Positions 12,719 through 24,938 of a DNA stretch of 64,000 nucleotides are shown here, one piece after another (the stretch's first letter is position 1; each line of letters starts with the position of its first letter). The notes under the pieces were generated by a model, which was given only the letters and a program-made list of their open reading frames with translations, had not been told where the DNA came from and did not search any database. A program made the position numbers and the translations under genes. Source of the stretch: Octopus sinensis (lineage: Eukaryota); the NCBI RefSeq assembly GCF_006345805.1, contig NC_043014.1, positions 43,834,001 to 43,898,000 of the forward strand, given 5' to 3'.

Positions 12719-13039
12719 AGTAACAATAATCTTTTTTACTATAGGCACAAGGCCTGAAAGTTTGGTGGAGGGGGCAACAGTGCTCAATTGATAATAATAA
12801 GGATGATAATAATAATAATGGTTTCGAATTTTGGCACAGGGCCAGAAATATCAGGGAAGGGGCTAAGTTGATTACATTGACCCCAGTGCTCAACAGGTGC
12901 TTATATTATTGACCCTGAAAGGATAAAAGGTGAAGTCGACCTCAGCAGAATTTTAAGACAGAACCTTGTGATGTAAAGCCAGATAAAATATCACTTAGCA
13001 TTTTGCTTGGTCTGTTAAGGATTCTGTCAGCCCACTGTC

Positions 13040-13077
<38 letters not shown>

Positions 13078-13080
13078 CAA

Positions 13081-13322
13081 TCCTTATTCAGAGACCTTTT
13101 GAGCGGGATGAGTTACTCGACCAGAAGAAAATTCTAACTGGGCCCCACCTGCAAGGTCATGTGCTGTTTATCTTGATATGAGATCACCATGTCGTGCACA
13201 TATGGTTGTGATGCATGTGCCTAGTGTACCCTTATCAGACGGGTAGTCAAGATGAGTATACTGGGCTTCGTATAATTGTACCCCAGTGTCACTTTGATGG
13301 CATGCACTGCTCTCTCAATCAA
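13081..13322 (+). mobile_element. Unassigned retroposon 3' end embedded in (TAA)n
   Basis: About 240 bp of complex sequence flanked by (AAT)n on both sides and ending CTCTCTCAATC(AAT)n. Confidence 0.45.
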
Positions 13323-13561
13323 TAATAATAATAATAACAATAATAATGGTTTCAAATTTTGTGACAAGGACAGCAATTTGTGGTGGTAGTGGTGGGGAGT
13401 TGATCACATCGACCCCAGTGTTCAACTGGTGCTTATTTTATCAACCCCGAAAGGATGAAAGTCAAAGCCAACCTCGGCAGAATTTGAACTCAGAACATAG
13501 CGATGGGCGAAATACCGCTAAGCATTTCATCCAGTGTGCTGGCCATTCTGCCAGCTTGCTG

Positions 13562-13595
<34 letters not shown>

Positions 13596-13845
13596 TGGTT
13601 GGCCCGAGGCTATAGTAGAAGACACTTTCCCAAGGTGCCACACAGTGGGACTGAACCTGGAACCATGTGATTCGTAAGCAAACTACTTACCACACAGTCA
13701 CTCCTATGCCTGTATTTTAGATAAATGTACTCTTAAGATTTATGACACTGAAAATATCGAAATGAGGCTAACTTAATTATTTTGATAAAAATAAATGAGT
13801 GTTTTACGTGTTTTCTATTTTCAAAACTGTATACCTACTTTTGTG

Positions 13846-14095
13846 TGGAGGTGCGTGGCTTAGTGGTTAGAGTATCAGCACCATGATCGTAAGATTGTGG
13901 TTTCGATTCCTGGACCAGGTGACACGTTGTGTTCTTGAGCAAAACACTTCATTTCACATTGCTCCAGTCCACTCAGCTGGCAAAAATGAGTAACGGTGTG
14001 ATGGACTGGCGTCCCGTCCAGCTGGGGAACACATACACCATGGAAACTGGGAAACTGGGCCCATGGGCCTGGCTAGGCTTTAAAAAGGGTGCATT
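13846..14095 (+). mobile_element. tRNA-headed SINE with V-domain-like GATGGACTGGCGTCCCGTCCAG segment
   Basis: A/B-box-like head. The segment is shared with the tail of the family C copies at 29441-30028 and 60299-60600. Confidence 0.75.
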
Positions 14096-14231
14096 TATTT
14101 TTTTTTTATACCTATTTTTGTACACCCCACCACCAACACCAAGTATATACATACATGTGCGCATGCAACAGGCTTCTTCCAGTTCCCATCCACCAAATCC
14201 CCTCGTAAGGCTTTGGTTGGCCTAAGGCTAC

Positions 14232-14735
14232 ATCATCATCATCATCATCATCGATTAACATCCATTTTCCGTGCTAGCATGGGTTGGACAGTTCAACTGG
14301 GGCCTGGGAAGCCAGGAGGCTGCACCAGGCTCCAGTCTGATCTGGCAGTGTTTCTACAGCTGGATGCCCTTCCTAATGCCAACCACTCCGTGAGAGTAGT
14401 GGGTGCTTTTTACGTGCCACCGGCACAGGTGCCAGGGGTGGATGCCAGCGGCCACAATCGGTTGGTGCTTTTTATGTGCCACTGGCATGGAAGCCAGTCA
14501 AGGCGACGCTGGCATCGACCACATTTAGATGGTGCTTTTTACGTGCCACAGGCACAGGTGCCAGGGGAGGCTGGCAGCGGCCACGATCAGTTGGTACTCT
14601 TTACCTGCCACTGGCATAGAAGCCAGTCAAGGCAGCGCTGGCATCGGCCACATTCGGATGGTGCTTTTTACATGCCACCGGCACAGGTATCACAACTACA
14701 ATTTCCATTTGATTTTTTATTTTGATGTTGATGTA
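14232..14735 (-). mobile_element. 5'-truncated RTE 3' UTR copy
   Basis: (CAT)n tail plus repeated GTGCCACCGGCAC modules. Confidence 0.85.
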
Positions 14736-15029
14736 GGAAACATTTGACTAAGGTGCCACGCAGTGGGACTGAACCTAGAACCATGTGGTTGGGAAGCAAG
14801 CTACTTATCACACAGCCTCACCTGTACCTGTTATAGAGTCGTGATTCCCCTTACCTTCTCTGTAACCATTCCAAATACATTATTGATATTATTATTCTCT
14901 CGAAACTACCTCCATTTAGTTCTAATGAATGTTTCTCGTTAGAGAAGACTTACATAGTCTATTTCTTCATTGGCACTTTCTTCCGTTTCTTTTTTCTATC
15001 TTTGCAATATTTTCCCATAAGTTTGTTTT

Positions 15030-15075
<46 letters not shown>

Positions 15076-15572
15076 CCCCCCCCTCACTCTTCCTTTCTCA
15101 CCCCCTATTTCACTCTCCTTCCTCGCTCTCCTCTCATCCCCACTCTCTCTAAAGAAAAAAAAATTAAGAAAATACAGAACTGGAATCTTTCAATTAAAAT
15201 TATACTTCCATTTAATAGGCGTTTGATTTCAGTTTAAGAAAGAAAAAAAAAATCATTTCTTCAAATTTTTTTTCTTTTTTGAGACCATCACCCCGCAACT
15301 TCGTTTTGCTTTATGAAGACACATCTTTTTATCATTTCCAAATTTGAAACATTAATAAACGAAAGTAAATCAAAATTTCCATCAAAGCTCTACAGAAAAA
15401 GCCATCTTTTTCTTTCTATGTTGCTTCCTTACTTTTTACTCCCCCCCACCCCACCCCCAATACTTTTTACTATTTTATGAATATTAAACCAGAAAGGAAA
15501 TGTCTTCAGAGATGGTAAGCCAATAAAAGCGGTTTTAGGTAGCCTACATTTTCACATTCTATTATCATTATT

Positions 15573-15603
<31 letters not shown>

Positions 15604-15642
15604 TTATTATTATTGTTATTGTTATTATTATTATTATTATTA

Positions 15643-15673
<31 letters not shown>

Positions 15674-16132
15674 GTTTGCTTATTCTGCTTACTTTATCCA
15701 AAGTTATTGTTGCATGCAATAATATGTTAATATTCAAATTTACTAACTCTAATCTACTCACGGTAGCACAGAATAAAATGGCTGTAAAATGCAAATGGAA
15801 TTCTTATGTAATACTTTCTTTTTACTTCTCCCTTCATCGGGTTAACCATTAGTTTTCTGAGTAGAAGCTGGTAGATTGAATTTGTGCAGAAAACTATTCA
15901 CATATGTGTGTGTGTGTGTGTGTGTGTGTGTAGCTGTCTTTGAGAGTAGTAGCTCCCAGTATGAATGATTCAGACTGTCTACCCCTCTGACTCATGCCAG
16001 CATGGAAGTCAGATGTGAAATCATGATAAAGTCACACGTGTGTGCTGACATCTAAGTCTGTATTTTCATTTTTGAAAAATTTTTTAAGAACTAGTGTTGT
16101 GTCAAAAAAAAAAAAAGAAAAGAAAACATGAC

Positions 16133-16463
16133 TGCGTGGCATCTTGGGCAAATGTCTTCTGCTATAGCCCCGGGCCGACCAATGCCGTGTGAGTGGATTT
16201 GGTAGACGGAAGCTGAAAGAAGCCTGTCGTATATATATATATTTATGTATGTGTGTTTGTTTGTGTGTCTGTGTTTGTCCCACTAGCATTGCTTGACTAC
16301 CGATGCTGGTGTGTTTATGTTCCCGTTACTTAGCGGTTCGGCAAAAGAGACCGATAGAATAAATACTGGGCTTACAAAAAGAATAAGTCCCGGGTGGAGT
16401 TGCTTGATTAAAGGCGGTGCTCCAGCATGGCCGCAGTCAAATGACTGAAACAAGTAAAAGAGT
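16133..16463 (+). mobile_element. 5'-truncated SINE family A with ATGAC TSD
   Basis: ATGAC at 16128-16132 and 16464-16468. The equivalent site is empty in the duplicated flank near 16790. Confidence 0.85.
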
Positions 16464-17365
16464 ATGACATGTTTGATGGCCCAGAGATGCAGGTTTTTTT
16501 CTCCTGAAAAATGCCTCAAAAAACTATGGGTTGACTATTTACCTTGTGAGTCGAAGCAGGTAGATTGAATTTGTGCAGAAACCTATTCACGTATGTTGGG
16601 TGGGGGGGCAGTCTTTGAGAGTAGTAGCTCCCAATATGAATTATTCAGACTGTGACTACCCATCTAACCCATGCCAGCATGGAATTCAGATGTGAAGTCA
16701 CGATAAAATCATACATATGTACCATCATCTATGCATGTGCTTTCATTTGAAAAATTTTGTAAGAACTAGTGTTGTGTCAAAAAAAAAACCGACATATTTG
16801 ATGGTCCAGAGATGCACATATTTTGCCGCTGAAAAATGCCTCAAAAACAAAAAAGAAAACCTCTCTGGGTCTTGAATTAAGCCTTCTATAAGCACTAAAA
16901 ACTTTTTGCCCTGAACATGTGCCGCTAAAATTTGGGTTGCACCTTATATGCCTGTGCTCCTTCTGTATCACCAAATAACGGCAGTTCCATTCACATCTAC
17001 GATGCCTTGTCTTCTAATGCAATTCCAATTACATATCTGATGCATTGTCTTTGACTGTTCCAAACCACTTCAGTACAACTTTATTTTCAAGTTTGATACT
17101 TTCTTCTATTAGTCTCTTTTGCTGACCCACTAAGTTATAGGATGTAAAGGAACCAACACTAATTATCTATAAGGTGCTGGGGATACACACACAGACACAC
17201 ACACACACATACATACACACAGAGTTGTGTATGTGTATATATGGGTGTGTATCTCTCTATCTATCAATCTATCTATCTGCCTGCATATATATATACACAC
17301 ACATATATATATATATATATATACATATATATATACATATATATATTATATATATATATACACAT

Positions 17366-17423
<58 letters not shown>

Positions 17424-18263
17424 ACACATTAGGAAGGGCATCCAGCTGTAGAAATTCTGCCAGATCAGATTGGAGTCTGGTGCAGCTATCTGGTTCACCA
17501 GACCTCAGTCAAATCGTCCAACCCATGCTAGCATGGAAAGTGGACATTAAACGATGATGATGATGATGACACTTGACAGGTTTCCACTCAGTTTTCATCT
17601 CCCAAATTCACCTGCAAGGCACTGGATGGCCCGGGGCTAGAGTAGATGACACTTGCCCAAGGTACCATGCAATGGGACTGAACCTAAAACCACGTTGGCA
17701 CAAAGCAAGCTTCTTAACCAAACAGCCGTATAGAATATTGTGGATCGTGTTGTGAAGGAATAATAACAGAATATACTAAACGAGCATAAACTATAAACAA
17801 ATGTTCAGCAAATAATATCAGCACCTATAGTCTTCCATATACTCTAAACCATAACACTCTACAACTTCCACTTTATATTTTTATTACACAGCACCAGATA
17901 ACATGTTTAATTGCAGCGTTTTATTATTATCATTATAACTACTATAGTTGTTATTTCTTTTCTGTTAGAGAATCTTGTGTTAGTGCTTGTAAAATTAAGG
18001 AAGAAACACATTGCTACTGGTTGTCTTTTGTTAATTTTATTTGGTAATTATACTAGATTGGTTTAAAACTCTTCTCGCCGTCTCTGTTGTATTCTTGCTA
18101 GCTTTTTCTAACAGAATAGATTGTTTGTTAATGTATTCTGTCTGGATTTTAATTCTTCTTGTAGCTAACCTAACTGTTCTCTATTACAATCTAATACACT
18201 GCCATTTCTGCTATCGTGAGAATCACGCCCATCTTTTACTGACCACATCAGCAGCAGAAGCGG

Positions 18264-18658
18264 TGGAGGCGCAATGGCCCAATGGTTAGGGCAGCGGACT
18301 TACAGTCAGAGGATTGCGGTTTCGATTCCCAGACTGGGCGTTGTGTGTGTTTATTGAGCGAAAAACACCTAAAGCTGCACGAGGCTCCGGCAGGGGGTGG
18401 TTACGACCCCTGTTGTACTCTTTCATTCCAACTTTCTCTCACTCTTTCTTCCTGTTTCCTGTCCCCAACTTCCAACACAACCGCTGAGCCTGGATGCGCA
18501 TTCATCCATCCGTCGATGCTCTCGCTGTCGGGGGTTGACCTGCTTTCTCTTCTGCGGATCTTACGAATAGCAAAGGACCACGTTTCGGACTTCTCCCACT
18601 ACAGAGGCGCGATCTTGCGAGCTCTAGGACGAAGACCGATTCGCTCAACAAACGAACA
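18264..18658 (+). mobile_element. SINE family C head with unique CpG-rich tail type 2
   Basis: 11-bp TSD with one mismatch: AGCAGAAGCGG (18253-18263) and AGCAGTAGCGG (18659-18669). Confidence 0.8.
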
Positions 18659-18999
18659 AGCAGTAGCGGCACCGTTTAACATAGACTTTTTAATGCTTGT
18701 ATGGGTCAAGCTGAACTTGATGAGGAAGATTTTCTATGACTGGATGCTCTTCTTACTGCTAACCTTCACCTATTTCCAAACGTGCTTATATATTTTCCCC
18801 CTTGGCTAGACATGTTTTTCATGGAAGGCAGGAAATGAAGAACATTGCTTATTTGATGTGCGTGTGTGTGTGTGTGTGTGTGTGTGCATGCACCAGTATG
18901 TATATTTGGAAATGTGTATACATGAAGGTGTATATAGATATGCCTTTGTGTTTTTCTGAACCAAGAACCAAGGCAGTGTAGATTTTAGAACATTTATAA

Positions 19000-19100
19000 A
19001 TGGAAGGTCTTACAGCTGTTTCTAGGATATTTATTATATCCCTTCATCGGAGATGGTGTGAATTTTATAATTTTAGATTGGGTCTCACTGTCACCATTAC

Positions 19101-19133
<33 letters not shown>

Positions 19134-19630
19134 CATACACACATATATATAGATACATGTACATATATATATTGTTGTGTCTGGGGAGAGCCTTATGATC
19201 TAACACACTCACTGATTTAGTTTCCACTCATTTACTTATTTATTTTTTCAAAAGTTTTCGTTGCGTCTTGCAACCTTTTCAATAGTCGTTGACTCTCTCC
19301 ATTATCCGAGCTGTGTTCGTTTTGTTTGATGGCTTTTCAATGATCTTAATGTTGAGTTTGGCCTCCTTCAGAGCTCTCCTAAATATACGGACTAGTTCTC
19401 CATGGGCTGTGGCCTCTACAAACATCACACCTTGATATTTGTTGGTCTTGTACCATGTGTTTTCTTTGTCACAAACTCTTTGTATTCTATTCCAGTCTTT
19501 AATTCTATATCTAGGGCAGGTACCACTGGTTTCATTACATATGATGCTATCTAACTTCTTTCTAGCAACCCTGTATACCCGAGCCCTACCTTTCTGATCA
19601 TATCCAGAGAATTGCATGTTGTGCATGAAG
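19000..19630 (-). mobile_element. Penelope-like element relic (ORF fragment 19279-19626, 3' sequence, hammerhead-like motif)
   Basis: [11 protein letters not shown]...WYKTNKYQGVMFVEATAHGELVRIFRRALKEAKLNIKIIEK resembles the post-RT linker of Penelope-like elements, by recognition only. Confidence 0.7.
19008..19053 (-). ncRNA. Minimal type I hammerhead-ribozyme-like motif (degenerate)
   Basis: UCU-CCGAUGA-A-GGGAUAU(AAUAA)AUAUCCU-A-GAA-ACAGCUGU-A/AGA: 7-bp stem II, palindromic stem III, GUA cleavage triplet; U4 is C. Confidence 0.55.
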
Positions 19631-19643
19631 TTCTGTACATGTT

Positions 19644-19644
<1 letters not shown>

Positions 19645-19676
<32 letters not shown>

Positions 19677-19869
19677 TATATATATACACTCATATATACA
19701 TATATGTATACACACACGCACGCATATATATATATATATATCTATACACACACACACACATATATACATACACACATATATACATGTATATATATACACA
19801 CACATATATATATACACACACACGCATACATATATATACACACACACATATACATATACACATATATAT

Positions 19870-19916
<47 letters not shown>

Positions 19917-20020
19917 CATGCAGATATATGTACATATGCATATATATATGTATACATATACATGCATACACACACACACATATATGCACATGCACACACA
20001 CACACACACACACACACACA

Positions 20021-20063
<43 letters not shown>

Positions 20064-20070
20064 CATATAT
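19645..20070. repeat. Compound (CA)n/(TA)n microsatellite
   Basis: Direct inspection. Confidence 0.95.
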
Positions 20071-20911
20071 TGTCAAATATTATTTATCTCTGCAAAAGAT
20101 AAGACAGTGTAGATATATCCCCGAAACTCTCCACTGGAGTGATTTATCTCACAGTTTGTTTATCAGCCAGTTGCAGCTGTCAGAGTTTGATAACATCTAT
20201 TCTCTGACACTATAAGATAACTTATATCTACTTACTGCTGCTTGGCAGCAGTAGGAGATCCTGGTGATGATGGTCGTGACGCTGGTCTCAATGGTGACGG
20301 CAGCGGCAGCGCTGCTGGTTTTGGTAGTGATGTCAATGATGGAACAGTGAGCAGATACCTGCCCCACCTATATAGTTATGCCATAGTATTGATTGACACG
20401 GCAGTTTAGTGATCCTTTTTTTTTTGTTTTGTTTTGTATATTTTGGGTTTTTTTTTTTTTTAATGGTATGATTATGCTTTGCTATCATCTTGGACTGACT
20501 GTGTGTACGAATGGTATTCTTAGAGTAATGGAGGGATTGTGGAGGGTATGCTGGTGACATGTTAGCACTTCAAATTCTTGGGCTCTTGCTTATTTCTAAA
20601 GAATTTCTGTCAGTCAGATATGGCTTTTAGTACTTGCAGACTATTAACTCTTGAGAAACGGAATCTTGTAGTGATACTTGTGTTTGCGTGAAACCAACCC
20701 CATGCTTGGAATGTTTATTTATTCTTTATTTATTTCTTTATTTTTTTTTTGTGTGTGTCTGTATGTGTGGTGTGGAGGGAAACCTTTTAAGAACAGGAAG
20801 ATTAAGGAAAGAGAATAATAAAGCTAATTAACGGTGTCATGCAATTACAGACATGTAGAGTAAAAATGTGTGTCAGAGACAATGTAACATTAGTTTTAAG
20901 AAACGCCTTTT

Positions 20912-20941
20912 CATCATCATCATCATCATCATCATTGCAAC

Positions 20942-20977
<36 letters not shown>

Positions 20978-20986
20978 TGCAACCAC

Positions 20987-21023
<37 letters not shown>

Positions 21024-21075
21024 GTTATCATCACCACTACTATCGTCATCATCATCATCACCACGACCATCATCA
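20912..21075. repeat. (CAT)n tract
   Basis: Direct inspection. Confidence 0.95.
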
Positions 21076-21891
21076 CTTCATATCCACTTTTCCATACTGG
21101 CATGGTTGGACAGGTCATAACAGTCTGAGTCAAATTGCATTGAGAGACAATGGCCCCCTACATGGATCAGGAAACCCCCGTCTTGCTCATTCATTAAATT
21201 TTATTCATGGTTTTTCCATCACTGGATGTTTCTTCCTGTTGACCAAACTCTTTACAAAACACATCGGTAGTAAGGTGGGGTGCACTCTATTGTGACATTA
21301 TCACTAAGGGTGGTTTTCACACCCCATCCTCCACCCCACCCCCTGTCCAGGCAAAGCTAACCAGTTCCTTGTACTATGTGTTGTCCCTTATCACTGTTCA
21401 GCTATTCACAAACACAAATGAGGCTGTCTGGCCCCTAACAAGATTTGAAGGGCATCACTTTTTCCCCTCTGTCTTCATTCATTCATTTCAAGGTTGTTTG
21501 TTGTTGTTGTTTTGCCAGAAGATGAGTCAAAAGATTAATATTTTGTGTAAGGCCTTCTTTACTGTTCAGATCCCTTGTCACACCAGGGTCAACTTTTCCT
21601 TTCATCCTTCTGTGGGTAGATGGCATTGGGGGCATTAAAATCAAGACTACATATTCTTCCCCCGCCCTTTCCAATTCTTAAAGATGTGTGACTTTGTGTG
21701 GGTCAACTTTTCCTTTCATCCTTCTGTGGGTAGATGGCGCTGGAGGCATTAAAATCAAGCCCTAGCCATGTTAATATAGCTGATCCAAAGGACTACATAT
21801 TCTTCCCCCACCCTTTCTAATTCTTAAAGATGTGTGACTTTGTGTTATACTAATGAGTGGAAATCAGTAATTATGAAAGCTACTGATGTCA

Positions 21892-22205
21892 CTGGCAGAA
21901 ACATTAGCACACCGGGCGAAACGCTTAGCAGTATTTCTTCTGCCGCTACGTTCTGAGTTCAAATTCCGCCGAGGTCGACTTTGCCTTTCATCCTTTCGGG
22001 GTCGATTAAATAAGTACCAGTTACGCACTGGGTCGATATATTCGACTTAATCCGTTTGTCTGTCCTTGTTTGTCCTCTCTGTGTTTGGCCACTTGTGGGT
22101 AGTAAAGAAATAGGTATTTCGTTTGTCTTTACGTTCTGAGTTCAAATTCCGCCGAGGTCGACTTTACCTTTCATCCTTTCGGGGGTCAAAGAAATAAGTA
22201 CCACT

Positions 22206-22207
<2 letters not shown>
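21892..22207 (+). mobile_element. SINE family B plus tandem partial copy
   Basis: A full B core followed immediately by a second partial core after AAAGAAATAG. Confidence 0.8.
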
Positions 22208-22246
<39 letters not shown>

Positions 22247-23749
22247 TGTTATTAAAGCTGCACAATTGTGTCACAACTGTCTGATAAATGTCTGTCTTTA
22301 CATTCTGAGTTCAAATTCCGCCAAGATTGACTTTGCCTTTCATCCTTTCGGGGTCGATAAATTAAGTACCAGTTGCATACTGGGGTCGATCTAATCGACT
22401 GGCCCCCGCCCCAAAAAAATTCGGACCTTCTGCCTAGAGTAGAAAAGGATGTCATACCATATCTTAGACCAATAGGTGGCAGCCATGGTGCATGTCATGG
22501 GTTCAAATGGGACCAAATCCTTTAGATTTCGAAATCATCATCATTGATTTAACATGTACTTTCCCATGTTTGCCTGGATCACATGGAGTTTATTGAACCA
22601 GATTTTCTACAGCTGGATGCTTTTCCTCTTGCCAACCCTCACCTATTTCCAAGCAGGGTAATATTTCCTCAAGGCCAGACATGTTTTTGCAGAATATTGG
22701 AAATAAATGACACAGCATGTGTGATAATGGCTCTCACACGTAAAAAGCACCCACTACACTTACGGAGTGGTTGACGTTAGGAAGGGCATCCAGCTGTAGA
22801 AACATTGCCAAATCAGACTGGAGCCTGGTGCAGCCTTCTGGCTTCCCAGATCCCCGGTCGAACCGTCCAACTCTTGCTAGCATGGAGAACGGACGTTAAA
22901 TGATGATGATGATGATGATGATGATGATCAAGACATGGACACGCAAAGGCACACACACATACAATGGCTTCTTTCCCATTTCCATCTGTCCAATCCACTC
23001 GCAAGACTATGGTCTTCTTAGAGTTGTATTAGAAGACACTTGCCCAAATTGACACACACACACACACATACACAATGGGACTGAACCAGATACCATGTGG
23101 TTGAGAAACAAACTTCTTATCCACACGCCCACAAATGGACCTTCAACATATTCTAAATATATGTGTGTATGTATAAGAGGGCTGTAATATGAGGGAGATT
23201 TAGCTGCTATGTCTAGCAGATCAAACAACCATAGAGCCCCCCAGTTTTGTTTGTTTTTTTTAGGTGTTTTTTTGGCTGTTACTTTTAATTGAGTTTTGAC
23301 CATTTTGCTGATTGGCCCACGAAATAAATAAACCAATTAACACTCAATCTCACTTTCTCCCTTTTCTTCACGGATATTTCTTACATCTGTCCGATGGTGT
23401 CTCTGATAGTGTCTTCACTTCTTGCTGCAAGACTACAGAGTCATGTGTGACAGGAATCGGTAAGAAACAGGATGATAGAAAATGATAGGATTTAAATATT
23501 GAGCACAAAGCAGAAAGAATTTTGCGTAAGCTGGTTTATTGTTAGAAATCGAATGACTTCTATAAATAGCAATACTTTCAACTGAAGTCTACTTGTTCCA
23601 ATTTCTAAATGGGGTTTATGTTCTTTAAAGTATGGTCAACTTGAAAAATCTTCATGGAATCAATTTAGCTCTCAACATATTTACCAGCAGAATGCCAAAG
23701 TGAGATGTGAGATAGAACTAGCTTGTAGTCAAAATGAATTATTGCTCTC

Positions 23750-23782
23750 ACCTCTCTCTCTCTCTCTGTGTATATATATATG

Positions 23783-23815
<33 letters not shown>

Positions 23816-23984
23816 GTATGTGTGTGTGTGTGTGTGTACATATATATATATGTATGTATGTATGTGTGTGTGTATGTATATATGTGTGTGTGTGTGTATA
23901 TATACATATATATGTATGCATATATATATGTGTATATATATATATGTATATATATATGTGTGTGTATATATATATATGTATATA

Positions 23985-24025
<41 letters not shown>

Positions 24026-24135
24026 TTATATATATGTATGTATGTATATATATGTATTTATGTATATATATGTATTTATGTATATATATATATATGTATG
24101 TATATGTATGTATATATGTGTGTGTGTGTATGTAT
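23750..24135. repeat. Compound (TA)n/(TG)n microsatellite
   Basis: Direct inspection. Confidence 0.95.
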
Positions 24136-24459
24136 ATCTTTATCTCACTTCCCACTCACACTCTCTCACTTCTCACTTTCGCTTCTTCCTGCTCTCCCTC
24201 CTTCCTTCCCTCTCTGCCTCCACTCCCATCTCAGTGTGTAAATTTTATAACTTTTTCTGAAATTGAACAAAGTTTTTAGTTTCCTTTCACTCTGTATTTT
24301 ACTCTCTTGCTGAAGTAGAAATGAACTGCTGCTGCTGCTGCTCCTGCTGCTAGTAGTCGCAGTGGTGGCAGTGGCAGTGGCAGCATGACTGTGGTTGGAT
24401 ACAGGCGTGACAGAATCATTGGAAAAGCACTCAGATGTGGAATCCACTCAAATGTGTAT

Positions 24460-24893
24460 TTTGTTTTTCTTCCTACTGTAGGCACAGGGCCCGAAAGTTT
24501 TGGGAGGGGGCCAGTGAATTAGATGAATCCCAGTACACAACTGGTACTTAATTCATCGACCTCAAAAGGATGAAAGGCAAAGTCGACCTTGGCAGAATTT
24601 GAACTCAGACAGACGAAATACCGCTAAGCATTTCACCTGGTGTGCTAACATTTCTGCCAGCTCACCACCTTAAAATATCCTTTTCTACTCTAGGCACAAG
24701 GCCTTAAATTTTTGGGAGGTGGGGGTCAGTCAATTAGATCAACCCCAGTACACAACTGGTACTTAATTCATCGACTCCAAAAGGATGAAAGGCAAAGTGA
24801 ACCTCGGTGGAATTTGAACTCAGAACATAAAGACAGACAAAATACTACTAAGCATTTCACCCGGTGTCCTAATGTTTCTGCCAGCTCACCGCC
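24460..24893 (-). mobile_element. Two tandem SINE family B copies
   Basis: Two successive reverse-complement B cores. Confidence 0.8.
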
Positions 24894-24938
24894 TTCTTAC
24901 CACACAGCCACACCTGCACCTAATTCTAGTATATAGTA

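Noticed and set aside
13846-13925. tRNA-like heads (here and at about 685-755, 6027-6100, 18264-18330, 29955-30028)
   Set aside because: They lack a complete cloverleaf and run straight into SINE bodies, so they are annotated as SINEs rather than tRNA genes.
24166-24447. 93-aa minus-strand ORF (MDSTSECFSND...)
   Set aside because: Built from SINE-like ends and (GCA/GCT)n low-complexity sequence, with no recognisable domain.
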